Shown: in pieces, positions 1-13,193 of the stretch
How the letters are laid out: each line of letters starts with the position of its first letter
Numbering within the stretch: position 1 is the first letter of the stretch
Assembly: GCA_012295275.1 (NCBI GenBank)
Contig: CM022671.1
Location: 31,248,001 to 31,312,000 of the forward strand
Source: Chrysomallon squamiferum
Lineage: Eukaryota; Animalia; Mollusca
Direction: 5' to 3'
Length of the DNA stretch: 64,000 nucleotides
The notes under the pieces: model-generated
The model's database searches: none
Told to the model about the DNA's origin: nothing
Seen by the model: only the letters and a program-made list of their open reading frames with translations
Translations under genes and position numbers: made by a program

Positions 1-201
1 AATAAATGAAGTTTATTTTTGTTATTATTTTTCTTGTTAATATTACTTTCACAATTTAAATACAAATTCAATAGAAACGTGAAATTCCACACATATTTAT
101 TCTCTTTCTGATTCATCAAAAATCATTTAAACTCTGGCCAACGCATACAAATATGTTAGCCAAGTGTTCGATTCTGTGCCACTGACACAAAAATAAAGAA
201 A

Positions 202-235
<34 letters not shown>

Positions 236-542
236 GACCTTCACCTTCTTATAAGCTGGCTAGAGGAGCACGTGACCACGCAGTGTGAATCGATCTGCTC
301 TGGCCGCTGATTGAAAAGTACATTCCCACGCTGCGTCGTGTGTGACGTGGACTGCATCGCAGATATAAAGACATCGATAGCGTCTTAGCCTGCGCGCCAG
401 CCTCGTTTGATTCAAATACGCGGGCGAGCAGAAAGAAATCTGCACGTTTTCGTTACTGAAAATCTCTTAAACACTGGGTGCGACCAGAAATGTACTGATG
501 TTCTTTTGTGACTTTATTATTATTAAAATAAAAAATATATAT

Positions 543-577
<35 letters not shown>

Positions 578-1166
578 TTATTTTATTTTTATTATCAATA
601 TTAAAAAAATAATAATAAAATAAAATAAAATGAGAGAGAGATAGAAAGAAAAAGGAAAAAAATTAAAACGAAAAGAATAAAATAAAATAAAATGAGAGAA
701 AGAGAGAGAGAGAGACAAAAAGGAAAAAAAAATATAATAATAATAATAAAATGGTAATAATAAAATAAAAGTAACACGCTGAAACTTATTTATTTATTGT
801 TTATGTGAAACAGAATTTTATTATTATCCTTTTTTTTTTTTTATTATCATATCTTTTTCGTTGTTATTGTCTAAATTTTACGATGTTCTTTAATCCAATT
901 CAAATTTTTTATGACAAATTTTCCGTTTTCCCTTTAACCGAATACTCCAGCAGCGAAATCTAATCTTTTGAAAGCAGTTATTAAAATATTTGTTTTGTTT
1001 CCACTGGTTTGTAAATGAGTTGTTATTTAAAGCCTTTGAAAGTATTCTGAATTAGTTTACGCCCACCCCACCCTGCGTTTTCTATACTTTTAGAAAGTAC
1101 GAAGTCATAAAACAAGCTTATTAAGCGTTCTTTTTAAAAAATGTATACAGTTGACTGATGAAGGAA

Positions 1167-1169
<3 letters not shown>

Positions 1170-1240
<71 letters not shown>
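1170..1240. repeat. (CT)n microsatellite
   Basis: Direct read. Confidence 0.95.
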
Positions 1241-1796
1241 GTCATTTTATTTTATTTTATTTTTTTAATTAAATTTACCAGTTTCTTTTAACAAAGAGGA
1301 AGAGATTGTTGTTATGGTGATAATGGTAAGAGTTCTATTTGTAGTCAAAGTAGCAGCAGCAGCAGTAGTAGTAGTAATAGTATTAGTTACAGTAGCAGTT
1401 GTAACTGTTAATACTGTTGTTTTTGATGCTGCTGCCGTTGTTATTCTTTATTTTCTCTTCTCAATTTATTTATTTATTTATTTATTTATTTATTTCGCTT
1501 CATTTTATTTTACTGGTAATAACTTTCTAACTTATTCCTTAAAGAAACCGTATGCATTTAACACGGACACGGTTGAACTAAATCGATTGTTCGGGATTAA
1601 GTGCGAGCAAGTCATACGTATCAATACCGTGTATATTTTACCTGTGAGTACTGAGTGCCAGCCGAACAAGTTTCGTTTATTGCTTATAACATTATACCAG
1701 AACGTGACTCGTTTTGTACAGGACACGCATAGTCTGAATGACATATGTGAGTCGTTTTGTACAGTTTAATTATGTGTTACACGTCAGAAATACAGT

Positions 1797-1940
1797 ATTT
1801 TATTTTATTTTATTTTATTTTATTTTATTTTATTTTATTTTATTTTATTTTATTTTTTATTTTATTTTATATATATATATTTATTTATTTTTTATTAAAA
1901 TATTTGTGTGTGTGTGTATGTGTGTTTGTGTGTGTGTCTG
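1797..1940. repeat. (ATTTT)n and (TG)n low-complexity tract
   Basis: Direct read. Confidence 0.9.
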
Positions 1941-3738
1941 TGCGTGCTGTTGCTATGCCTCAAAGCTTCGAATATTAGATTTCTATTCGAAATCGTCAAC
2001 TGGAAAAAGAGTAAGAAATTATCTGTGTGACCAACCGTTAACATGCAGTTAATAACGTAACAGACCCGAACAAAATCTCCTCGTATTGCATAAAGAAACC
2101 TATCAACCAGATAAAACGCATTTTTTAAACTTGTTATTTATTTTTTAAACTTAGGCCCCGTGTGTTTGTGTTAATCACTGACAAAACATACGTACGTACA
2201 CACAGATGCAGAGTGGCCATTTATATCATTTTTTTCTAATTTCCTTTATTGTGCTGAATATTCGTTCATGAACTGTATAAAAATCAAGATTTGTAGGTCT
2301 TTAATACATATACATGCATTATTTAAAATATATATTTTTTCTTTTACAACTGATGTAGGCATTACAGTTCATCGTTTTGTGATCACATCTTTTATCAAGT
2401 ATATTTATGTTTCAATATACTGTCTACGTTTTCTTTATTTTGGAGGAGCGTTTTGTTTAAAGCTGTTTCTAAAAATTTTAATGTTAAAAAGTAAAAGAAA
2501 AAGGAACTCATGCAACGATGTGCGTTGTTTCTTCTGTTTTTCTGTCGTGTAGCTTCAGTTTTCTTTCTTACATCAACTACACAGTTTTAAGTATCATTAA
2601 GCAGTGATTATTAATGTCAAATATATATATATATATTTCACAGAAATAAGAAACGACATAGTCGTTAGAAGAGAAAAAAAAAAAAGGAAAGAAAGGAAAG
2701 GAAATTTAACTAACAGACTTCACAAACAACAAACAAAAACGAGATTATTTATATTTTCAATATTTTATTATTTTCGATTTTTTAAAAAAATACACATATT
2801 TACATACTGAATGCAGTTGAAATCTCCAAATAAATAGGAACAGGTGTTTTGGTCAACACCTACAAACACACGCACGCACGCACGCACGCACACAAACAGT
2901 CGTTAAATTACAGTCACACACAATTGATCCATTCAGACGATAAAAAATAAATAATTTTTAATGTGATGGGGGATGGGATTATAATACATTGATGACGTAT
3001 GGTGAATTGTGAGCAATAAATAAATGACGTATGTAAAGAGGGAAGAACAAAACACGCACGCATGCGCACTCACGCGTAAAACATGCACGACATTGGATTG
3101 CATTTACCCATATGGTTCCACTGTTAATTTAAGTCTGTATGCTTCTTTGATTAATAAATATTGAAGATGCTTGGGTGTATGTGTTCACTCATGTATATGC
3201 ATACATTCACATACACATTCATCTCCTCAGTTATTAAATGTACATAGAATTGTTTCAAATTTACATGAATACATGTTAACTTTTATATATACATATACAC
3301 AAACACAAAAAAAGAAAATCCTTTTTTTAAATATACATGTATACATACACCCATTTATATATCTATATACACATGATACATACACCATATATCTTTCAGT
3401 TCCAAAATTAAGGAATTATATAATTCCTGTTACACCATTCACACAAAAATTGTCACAAACAAAATTTAAAAGTTCTAAAAATATCAAGAAAAATAATAGT
3501 GAATGGACATATCAAAAAAAAAAAAAAAAAAAAAAATAATAATAATAATATCTTAACCATAACGATTTTATAATAATTAAAAAAATATAAAATAAGAAAT
3601 AGCTGGTTTTTAATTAATTGTACAATACTCATAAAATTTCATATACAAGAAAAAAATCGCTAAAAAAACAACAACAAAAAATAACTTTTCTGATTGTTCA
3701 GAAATTTTAAAAGTGACTGATATATCCACAATCTCACC

Positions 3739-3782
<44 letters not shown>

Positions 3783-4476
3783 TGATAATAAAGAAATAAA
3801 TTGTTAATAAATAAAATAAATTGTTAAACAATAAAATAAAAAATATTTTTAAAATGTTTTAAATATCACTGGGTCTCACTGGAGTTTAACTCGAGACATA
3901 TCATGCTGGCAATTTTTCTTTTTTGAAAACAAATCCAAACAAACCACAAAAAAAAAAAAAATAAATAAATAAAAATAAAATAAAACACCCAAGAACATTC
4001 TTCAAAAAAAAAAAAAAAAAAAAAATGTCTTCTTTTTCTATGTCTCTCATTTTAATTTGCATTGATGCTGCCTTTAATACATGTCCAGTTCAACCTGAAC
4101 AAGTCTCTATAACATTTTATAAAGGGAATAGCACCCTCATCAGAGTTCATCATTTTTTCTTCTTTCATTCTTTTATCCCCCGGAATGAAGGAGCGTTGTT
4201 TGCATTGAAATGGCAGTATAAAAACGTTCTTTCTTCCCCTGGAATCAATGATACTTCATTTTCAGTTTTATTTTTTTTTCTTCTTCTTCTTTACCAAAGC
4301 AGTCGAAAAAACCCATCTTTCTTCTTTCACGATCGGGGTGGGGGCTGGGGGAGGGATTCCTAGGCGGATCCACCCTTCTCCCTGCTTCACAATCAGTCAT
4401 ATTTCACTGTTGTTTTGTTTTTGTTTAAATAAATTATCACATTGCAAAATCTTTTTGACTAGAAATGTCCAAAACT

Positions 4477-7216
4477 TCATATGGACTCTTGGCTACTCAT
4501 GGAAGAAGCATCGGAAATTTTGTCACTTCGTGATTTGTCCATAGGCACACTGTTCTGCATCCGCATCCAGGGATGTTCGAATATCTGTTCAATGGTTGGA
4601 CGTTCGGATGGACGGATGGCAAGACATCGGCGAACTAAGTCTTTGACTTCTGTAAGACAGAAATAATAAACACAAATTTAAAAACAAATACAAACAAAAA
4701 GAGATGATCTTATATATATATATATATATGTCTGTGGGTGTGAATTTGTAATCACTTAAATCTTTTTTTATATCCCAAAAAATATGAGAACTGATAAACA
4801 AAATGAAACGTATATATAAATATATTTTGTTACTACTAGTAATTAATAAATCTGATTAGTTGATTTTCATTTTAAATAAAAAAAATAAAAATAAAAGATA
4901 ACTATGTGAAAGGTAGAAAACTTTTAAATGAAATGGATTAACATACCTTGAGATAATCTGCCTTTGAAAGTAAGTTCAGCCTTCACAATCTGTTCATCCA
5001 GTTCAAAGGGTATATTGCCACATACCATGTCGTACAGTAGGATACCCAGTGACCACACTGTTGCTGAGCGACCATGGTATCTATGGTAACGAATCCATTC
5101 TGGAGGGCTGTAGACTCGAGTGCCTGTAAAAACAGGAAAGTAAAAAAAAATTGTAAATTTTGTCAAAAAGGAATTTTAAAATTTAAATCATTGTTATGTT
5201 ATTTTTCTTATTTATACTGTATGTAACATTTTTAATATTCGGTTTTGCACATAAATACAACAGTATACAAAAGTATTCCAAGTATGCCATTAGTCAAGGA
5301 GACTTTGGGGTCAAATTACCGATCCGACATTGGAAAAACGCAATAACAATTTCTAAGCCGCGACAAAAAAAACAACAACAACAAACAAACAAAAAATATA
5401 TTTTAAAATGCACTTACAAACGCTGGATAATATAAACATTAAATACATCGATATACTTATACCGATAAGAAATATATTTTTGTTGTTTTTCTTAATTAAA
5501 AGATTTATTATTTTTTATTTATTTATTATTATTATTTTATTTTTTGTAACTTTTTACAAGACTTATTTTTTTCGCGAATGAACACAACACACAATGACGC
5601 AGTGTTATTTCGTGACCCAGTTAGCAGTCATTGATCTCGCCGCCAGCCAATCAGACTGCAGCACGATCTATCACTCATGGCAAACATCTTGCAACATTCG
5701 GCCAAGTCGAGCGTGGCCCGTAGCCAGAAAATCTAAGCACTGCTTTGTTTGAGCAACCACATTCCACAGATACTTCCATTATTTTGTTATCAAATTTGCC
5801 ACAGATATATTTATTTTCAAAATATTATAACAATCAGAACGGCTTTGTAGTTGTACAACATTCTCGTTGCGAAGCGACAATATGTTTATTAAGGGCGTGT
5901 TCTAGTTTTTCGTCTGCGTCTGTTAGTGTTGCTAGTATATTGACGTTATTCCACTGATTGTGTATATTAAAACCTAAAGTGTTCGATTCATTATAAACTT
6001 GAAGCCACAGATTCTCAATACGCTTTTTTAATTACAGTTGTTCACTATTTTTTTTTTTTTTTTTTTTTTTTTGCTAATATAAGACTTAAAAAAACATCTT
6101 CCCTTCTATGGTAGTTTAGGGCGTGTTCAATACGTTGAATGTAAATAAAATGTTACAGCGATTTTGTAATAAAAAAATAAATAACTGTCGGATCGATGTT
6201 AGTTTTTAAAATAGAAATTCAATACTTTCGGAACCGCCCGTAGTAGATTACTGGACCACTAGAATTTCACTGGTGAAACAATATCGATAGGAACACGCAA
6301 TTATTTTGCTCAAGTGCCAGTATAAAAGGTAGTAACACAAATAAAATACAAATAAAGCAATAATAGCAACACAAGGTATATATCCAGACACTAGAAAATA
6401 CACAAATGTAAAAAAAATAAAAATAATAAGGATGCTTACCATCGAAACTACAATACACAGAATCCCTTAAGAATGCACCAGAACCAAAGTCTATCACTTT
6501 GAGCTGTCCACTTTTGTCCACTAGTATATTTTCGTCCTTAATGTCCCTGTGGACCACTCCGGCTTTGTGTATGTTTGTAACAATGTCAAGAATTTGTGTG
6601 AAAAAATCCCTCGCTCTGTCTTCGCCGAGAACAACTTTTTCCGTGATATAGTCAAACAGATCCGTCACAGGCTCCGGTCTCTCCATCACAATAATAAAAC
6701 TGTCCTGTCTTTCGTAGTAATCCAACATCTGAACCACCCCAGGGACGTGCTGGACCTTCCTTAATAGACAGATCTCCATGGGAACGGTGCACCCATTTAG
6801 CTGTAAAAACAATTTTAACAATTTTATATACATGTACGGAGAAACTCGGTTTTTTAAATTATTTTAGCAATATGCGTGAGAAATATTCTGGAAAGGTAGG
6901 TAGAAGAATATTTGGTTAAATTGAGTACAAAAGAAGAAGAAGAAGAAAAACAGGTTCAAATCATTGATAGAAATGTACAAGATTGAAAAATTACAAAGTT
7001 TTTGCTCACCTGGCCCCATTCTGTAACTTTTGTTTTGGAAATGTGTTTGATTGCAACCTGAAAAAATAAAAAAACAAAATAAAATAAACATTTTGTTTTC
7101 AAAATAATATACGACATAATATAAAATAATTTATTTTTAAATAAAACGCGACAGTGTTCTGAAACAAGCTGTGTCAGTCATCGTAAAACACGTTGACATA
7201 TGTTCCATGTCTGGCA

Positions 7217-7251
<35 letters not shown>

Positions 7252-7483
7252 ACAGCTTGCTTTAGAGAATGAACATGTCTTTCAAAAATTTCGATTTTAT
7301 ACTCGTTTTATACTTTCAAAACATGACTTACTGGAAAATTATCTCGTTTTCTAAATCCGGAGAACACTGTTCCAAATCCTCCGCTTCCCAAAATGCTTCC
7401 AATGCTGTACGTTTTTTCAAAACAATCTTTTTCTTTGGCTGAAATATAAAACAAGATATTTTATAACACATTGAATTATTATT

Positions 7484-7514
<31 letters not shown>

Positions 7515-7722
7515 TTATTATTATTCTTTTTTTTTCTTCTCTCTCTCTCTCTCTTTCTGTGGCAAAGTCGAAATCTGTCTCCTGGTAGACATGGAAGTTT
7601 TATAACAACAACAACAACACAACAACAATAATAGTAAACGGCAGTTCGTCCTCACCTTGTCTTTCTTTTTCTGTGTGGAAATTAGCGTTGAATACATTTA
7701 ATCCAATTTTCCTCGACAACAT
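4477..7722 (-). CDS. PIM: PIM family serine/threonine kinase, 6 coding exons, about 310 aa
   Basis: Exons 7722-7656, 7438-7332, 7057-7010, 6800-6440, 5123-4947, 4649-4477, all GT-AG and phase-consistent. Starts MLSRKIGLN. Has Gly loop [13 protein letters not shown], the PIM-specific hinge [19 protein letters not shown] and [10 protein letters not shown]. Ends SSQESI*. Confidence 0.96.
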
Positions 7723-7949
7723 TGTTATACCGTCTTGTATCAACGGCAAACAACAAACGTGGAACTATAACGTGCTAGGTACTAATGATTATATATTCCA
7801 ACTTATCCAGCGTACTCCAAAACAAGTCTTGTACGTTTGAGCCACTGTTTTGATCTGAGGCCTATTCATTCCACTACCATCCTTGTACTATGAACATTGA
7901 ACCCCAAACAATGTCAGCGGAGGAATTTAGTTTGATGGTCGTCTGGCTC

Positions 7950-8360
7950 CACCCACATTGGCTAACGGCCAAAATACTTCACTTTTAATATTACACCTCG
8001 ACATGAACGCTGCACGTCGACAGATGCACGTTCCTAATAATGCATTTATGTTTAAATTTTTACACCGCGATATTTTTGAATTATTAAAATGCAGACATGG
8101 AACTATTTTGCGTATAACTATACCAGGTTTGGATCACTGCCAACTGTCCTAGGAACTGGCGTACCAAGTAGTGTAGGGCATTCACCACATTCTTCAGCCT
8201 CTTGACCAATCAAAAGGCTTCCCGCCTTAAGGATTTAACGCACCCACCAATAGTTGTTTTCTCGTTTCATTTACAATCAAACCCGCCATGCAACATCTGG
8301 TTTAAGCGGGCAGTAGGTACAAACAAACTGTAACCAGCTTTTCAAGGCGGGAACCGAAAC
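7950..8360 (-). promoter_or_regulatory. Proximal PIM promoter region
   Basis: CpG-enriched block directly upstream of the PIM ATG exon, with CCAAT motifs near 7958, 8206 and 8247 and GC-box-like cccgcc/gcggg motifs. Confidence 0.5.
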
Positions 8361-8619
8361 AAAGACCATTACCATCACCAAAATCGTTACTCTTTTTCAT
8401 TATTATTATTATTTTTTTTTTTTTAATCTCCTCTAGATAATGATTTTAATAAAATTAAAGCAAGTAAATTGCATTTATAAAGTTGTAGTAATTGTGTTCT
8501 CAGTAAGCTGTCATCTAATGAATGATTTTTATAACGAAACATTGAAAACGAGAAAAAAAGCATTACATGTAATAAATAAGGATAACATATGGCTTTTCTT
8601 CCACAACTTTGCATGTCTA

Positions 8620-8732
8620 TATTCGGGTGGGGCAATGTGTGTCCTTTTTTGGCCGTCAGACTTTCATCGAATGTTTTACAATCACCGAAACGGTGCCCCC
8701 CACCTTTTTATAAAATCCTGGATCCGCCCATG
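8620..8732. mobile_element. MITE terminal fragment
   Basis: AAAATCCTGGATCCGCCCATG (8712-8732) preceded by a C-run resembles GGCGGATCCAG-type non-autonomous DNA-transposon ends. The partner end was not found. Confidence 0.3.
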
Positions 8733-9009
8733 TTCAATATATATATATATATATATTCATTAATAACAAGTATTTCAATAAAATGCCAAGTAAGTGCAGA
8801 CATATTGGTCAAAATCGATTGTTTATCGTATATCATATAAATAATAATAATAATAATAAATGAAAAATGATATTCATTGCATAAAAACATTAAAGTAATA
8901 TATCATTTCTTGTTTAAATAAAAATGTATGCACTCTGAATTTACATTATTTATTTATTTATTTATTTAAAAAAAAAAAAAAAAATTAACCACCTAAAAAA
9001 TCTTCTGTT

Positions 9010-9250
9010 CACTAATTTCTAGGAATTTCCGCCCCCACCAGGTACGACGTTCAACAAGCTGAATAGCTCGTCTCTTCTGAACGCATTGTCCTTCGAGTAA
9101 TTTTTTCTTTCCCGGGATTAGGATTGTACGCATTCCTCACGATTTATTCCACGAATTATTTGCGCGCGGTCACAGATACTGCGCCGTGTCGGAGCAGACG
9201 TGGAAAGTGTCGACTGAGTGTGCGGCAGACGCGATAGAATATGTACAAAC
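9010..9250. promoter_or_regulatory. Candidate STAT/NF-kB enhancer upstream of PIM
   Basis: TTCTAGGAA 9017-9025, GGAATTTCC 9022-9030, GC box 9029-9036, TTCCCGGGA about 9109, TTCCACGAA 9147-9155, all in a CpG-rich block. Confidence 0.4.
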
Positions 9251-12200
9251 ACGTTACTGCATGTTCACTTTAAACCTGTATAAACTATAATCGTTTTCAT
9301 TTATTGATTTTGTTGTTATACTGATTTCTTTTTTTTTAAATTATTATTTTTTTTTTTTACTTCAGTATAATTTGTCGACGTTTATTTTTGTTCAGTGTTT
9401 TCAAAATTTGTTTATCGTTTGATTTAGATTCTTAGATTTTGTAGTTTTTGTTCTGCTTTATTTTACATTTTAAAAGAAGCGATAAAGAAACCGTATGCTT
9501 GCTGTATGCCCACTATAATTTAAACTGTTAGGCAATGAATTCTTCTTTGAATTGTTCGTCATTAAGTGTTATATTAATTCGATACTATTTTTTAATGGTT
9601 GATGCATTCAGTTGATTTGCCCATCCTCTCAGTATCAAGGAGAAAATTTGTTTAAAATTTTTTTTTTTTTTAAAAAAAACACATAAAAAATCCCACGTTG
9701 AACATATTTTCACATCGACCCAGCAGCAGCAACGCCCACGTATATGGCGACACGTTACAGGTATCGATTTTTCGTAAATTTCGCGATTAACAATGCAGTA
9801 CTGTTTCAGCTCACCGAAATATCCATTACCAGCAAATAGTGTATTTAAAAATATATATATATATATATTGTTGTTTTTAAAAAATTCATTTTTAATTTTA
9901 TTTATTAGTTTGGTGGGTTTTTTGTTTTTTACTTTTTTTAGGGTGTTTGTAAATATGTTTTTTCAGTCTTGGGGTCTCTGTTTTGCATGATTCTCGAATT
10001 CATTAATAAAAACAGATCAATGTGGTTGCTCTGCAACGTTCGTACAGGTTGTTAGTTGGAACGAACACGTAACCAAGGACGTTGTCACAACACCGGCGCC
10101 AACTGCGACGTCGTTTACAACGTAACCATGCGTCTTCGGCGCAGTAAACGAAAACGCGCTCAGCTACCCGGCGCTTTTCCCACGGGTAGATGTTTTCGCA
10201 GGAATGTTCGGGGTGTATATAAGTAGTAGCTATTTTTAGAAAGGTAAACAAGACCCGCTAGTAACTGGTTCGGCGGGCGGGGTTCACTTGTCGTCTGCAT
10301 GAATGAGTGTTTATGGCGGTTAAAAACTCGCAGACAAAATGCGCGATATAAAGCGGACTGTCAACAATACAAACGAAACAGTATAAAAGGTGACTGGAAA
10401 AAAAATAAAAAAAAAAAAAAAAAAAAAAATAAATAAATAAAAAATTGATAATATAGCAAATATAATTCGGCTCGATTTATTGTTATTCCGCAGACGTAAA
10501 TCAAAAACACCTGGTTTTATGTAGCTCGAGCGAAATGTTATGTAACAGCAGGCGTGGTTTATTGCTGCTAGCATTTCCACAACCAGGACGTAACCAGTCT
10601 GAACACAATGGCGACGTTGTACGCGGAACATGTCGACGACGACAGCGCGTTCGGCCAATCACCAGAGGCCGTTTTGTAAGCAGGAAAAAATCACTTGTTT
10701 ACACTGCCGTCTTTTCAAAAGTTTAAATGCAACCATCGCCGTTGACGATAAAATAATGTTTGCTTTTCGTCATTATAATATTAATCATATAATGTTGTTT
10801 ATAATGTTAAATTGTTACTGATGATTTATTTTAATAAATACGAGGTATTTATCAGATTTGATTCATTAAATATATAAACTAGGAACACTAAAGTAATAAT
10901 AGCAATAACAACAATAATAACAATAATAACAATAACAATAACAATAATAATAATAAAATCTTGTTACGACAGAAAACACTAATCACTGCTCTATTCTGCC
11001 ACAGTTGCATGCACTTATGTAAAACATGTAGCAAATATATCAAAGGACATTTACTTTTAATACTTCAAAAACAATTTCTTATCATTGCCTGTCAAATATG
11101 GTCAGTTTTCCTGAATGCCACAAACGAAAAAGCTGTCGTCTTACTCTTATTCAATTATAAGCCTTCGGTGAAGGCTTAGAACTGAATATTTTGAAGAATC
11201 AAAATATTATCCACACGGTTACACAGTTTAAATGATAATAATAATAACAACAACAAAACAAATATTTTTGTTATTATCTATTTCGATTAATAAATATATT
11301 TTTTTTTTTTTTTTTTTTTTAGATAATTTTGATTACGTCTGCACCAGTTATCTCCCTTGTACGTTGAAAGTTTGTGTAAGACAAGGTTCGCAGAGTTGTC
11401 TTTCCTGATGTTATAAAAATTAGTTTTCACTTGTGTGCGTGTATGTATGACACATACATACACGCGCGCGCACGCACACATATCAGATCTCATAATAACA
11501 TTTCTAAATATACGTGAAAAACTGCGAATGACGAACAACTGACGTAAAAGGAGTAACTTTTCCTACTGTGGTACGATTAACCCTTTGAAACTGAAACACA
11601 GAGTAAGGCAGGTTTAATTATGGCCAAGGCACATTTCTGACCTCCAAGTTTATTATGATTTACAGTCACTATACTTTTGTCTATGCTTCTGCAACTTATG
11701 TGCTATGAACAGAACTTTCCCATCTTTCGTTAGATCAATAAGTAAGTAATCATCCATTTATGGACATAAGCCCTACAATCTAAAGATACACAGGCAGACA
11801 AAAGCCTACAGTGGGGAGTGGGGGAATTCTACAACTGTTAAATATTTTCCCTGACATCTAATTATAAAAATCATGGAACTTATTTAATTAGTTATTCGTT
11901 CAAGTAAACTGTGTATAATCAGCTTTAACAACTAACTAACTGTAAAAGTAATCCTCACAATTTGCAAACTTTAGTTAAAAACGAAATGATTTTTGTCAAG
12001 AAATTATAGTATTCTGTAACTTTCGGCAGATTTCGTCAGCTTTAGTTTGTTATTTTCGGAAATTATATTCAATTTTCAAAACGGCGAAATTCCCCCAAAT
12101 GAACCAACGTACATTATTTCATTTCATGTCTTGTGACTGTGATACAAAATTTTCTCATCAAATTATACTTTTCATCTTAATTGTGATCATTATCATCAGC

Positions 12201-12511
12201 TATTTCGTAGTAATAATGTTGAATCAAACACAAATATGAAATTGATAATTATTCACTATTATGCTGATATTGATAAAAGAGATGTAGTATTAATGTTTTA
12301 ATAAAGTAGTTTGCAAAGTTGCTTTTTGTTTTCTTGGGGGGGGGTCTCCTACTATATATTTCATCTGGAGGGGCTTTTGTCCTACCTTGTTATTTTCTTG
12401 GTGTCGGGGGCGCTTTTGTTCTGCATCCGCCATTTACATGTAGATTATAACAGTAACAAATTAACTTGATTGAAAAAACGTGCATTTCGAGCTTTGACAG
12501 GTTAGTGTTAT

Positions 12512-12761
12512 CAGTGGGGTGCAGAAGTCTGGTGATGCCCAGGGCCAACCCCTTGATTGTATGCCCCAAAGACTCAAGTATAAGGCCTAGTACTGAGAAA
12601 TATTATGATAAAGGAAGGTATTTTGAATATGTAAACACAGACGAAACATAAAATAAACACTTTATTCGTTTAAATATGTATCAGTCTGATTGGGTGTCCC
12701 GCTCCCCATTTGGATGGCCAGAGCCACCTCCCCTTCGCCCCACCCCCTCTGCACGCCACTG
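12512..12761. mobile_element. MITE-like element, 250 bp, with 14-bp terminal inverted repeats
   Basis: CAGTGGGGTGCAGA (12512-12525) and TCTGCACGCCACTG (12748-12761) are 13/14 complementary. CAGTGG ends resemble hAT-type non-autonomous elements. No clean target-site duplication. Confidence 0.55.
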
Positions 12762-13193
12762 AATTATTTCTTTATTACTACAGAGTAAGGTTATTAGCAA
12801 CCTGTAACATGCAGATTATAAAATCAATTATTACGTTCGGCAGAAAAAAAAAACAATAAGAAAAAAGATTAATACGTGGAAACAAGAAAAGGAGTGTGTG
12901 TTTTATATACTACATCACTTGGGGCAATTCTGGGCCCCAGGAATGGGGATAAATCTGCACCGCCATATGTGATGGTTGAAATCTGTCAATTTTGGCAATG
13001 ATATAGTCCATTTTAAAACTTTTTATTTTTTTTTTTTTTTTTATTTTTTTTTTTTTTTAAAGTTAATGGAATCTTTTAGGAGTTTGACACTGAACTGTCC
13101 TATTGCAACGTGGTTCGAGACCAGAGCGAGGACAGGGAAGCCAGGATGGGAGGTGACATGAGCCTAAAGAAAGCCGCCAAGTCGACTGTCCAC

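Noticed and set aside
7723-7770. CUG-initiated N-terminal extension of PIM exon 1, as in mammalian PIM1-L
   Set aside because: An in-frame TAG lies 15 codons upstream of the ATG, with no in-frame CTG between them.
9815-9845. Second GTGAGC donor upstream of PIM (same CTCACCGAAAT context as 15696)
   Set aside because: The nearby ATG gives phase 0, out of frame with PIM exon 2, and no acceptor or in-frame start is evident.
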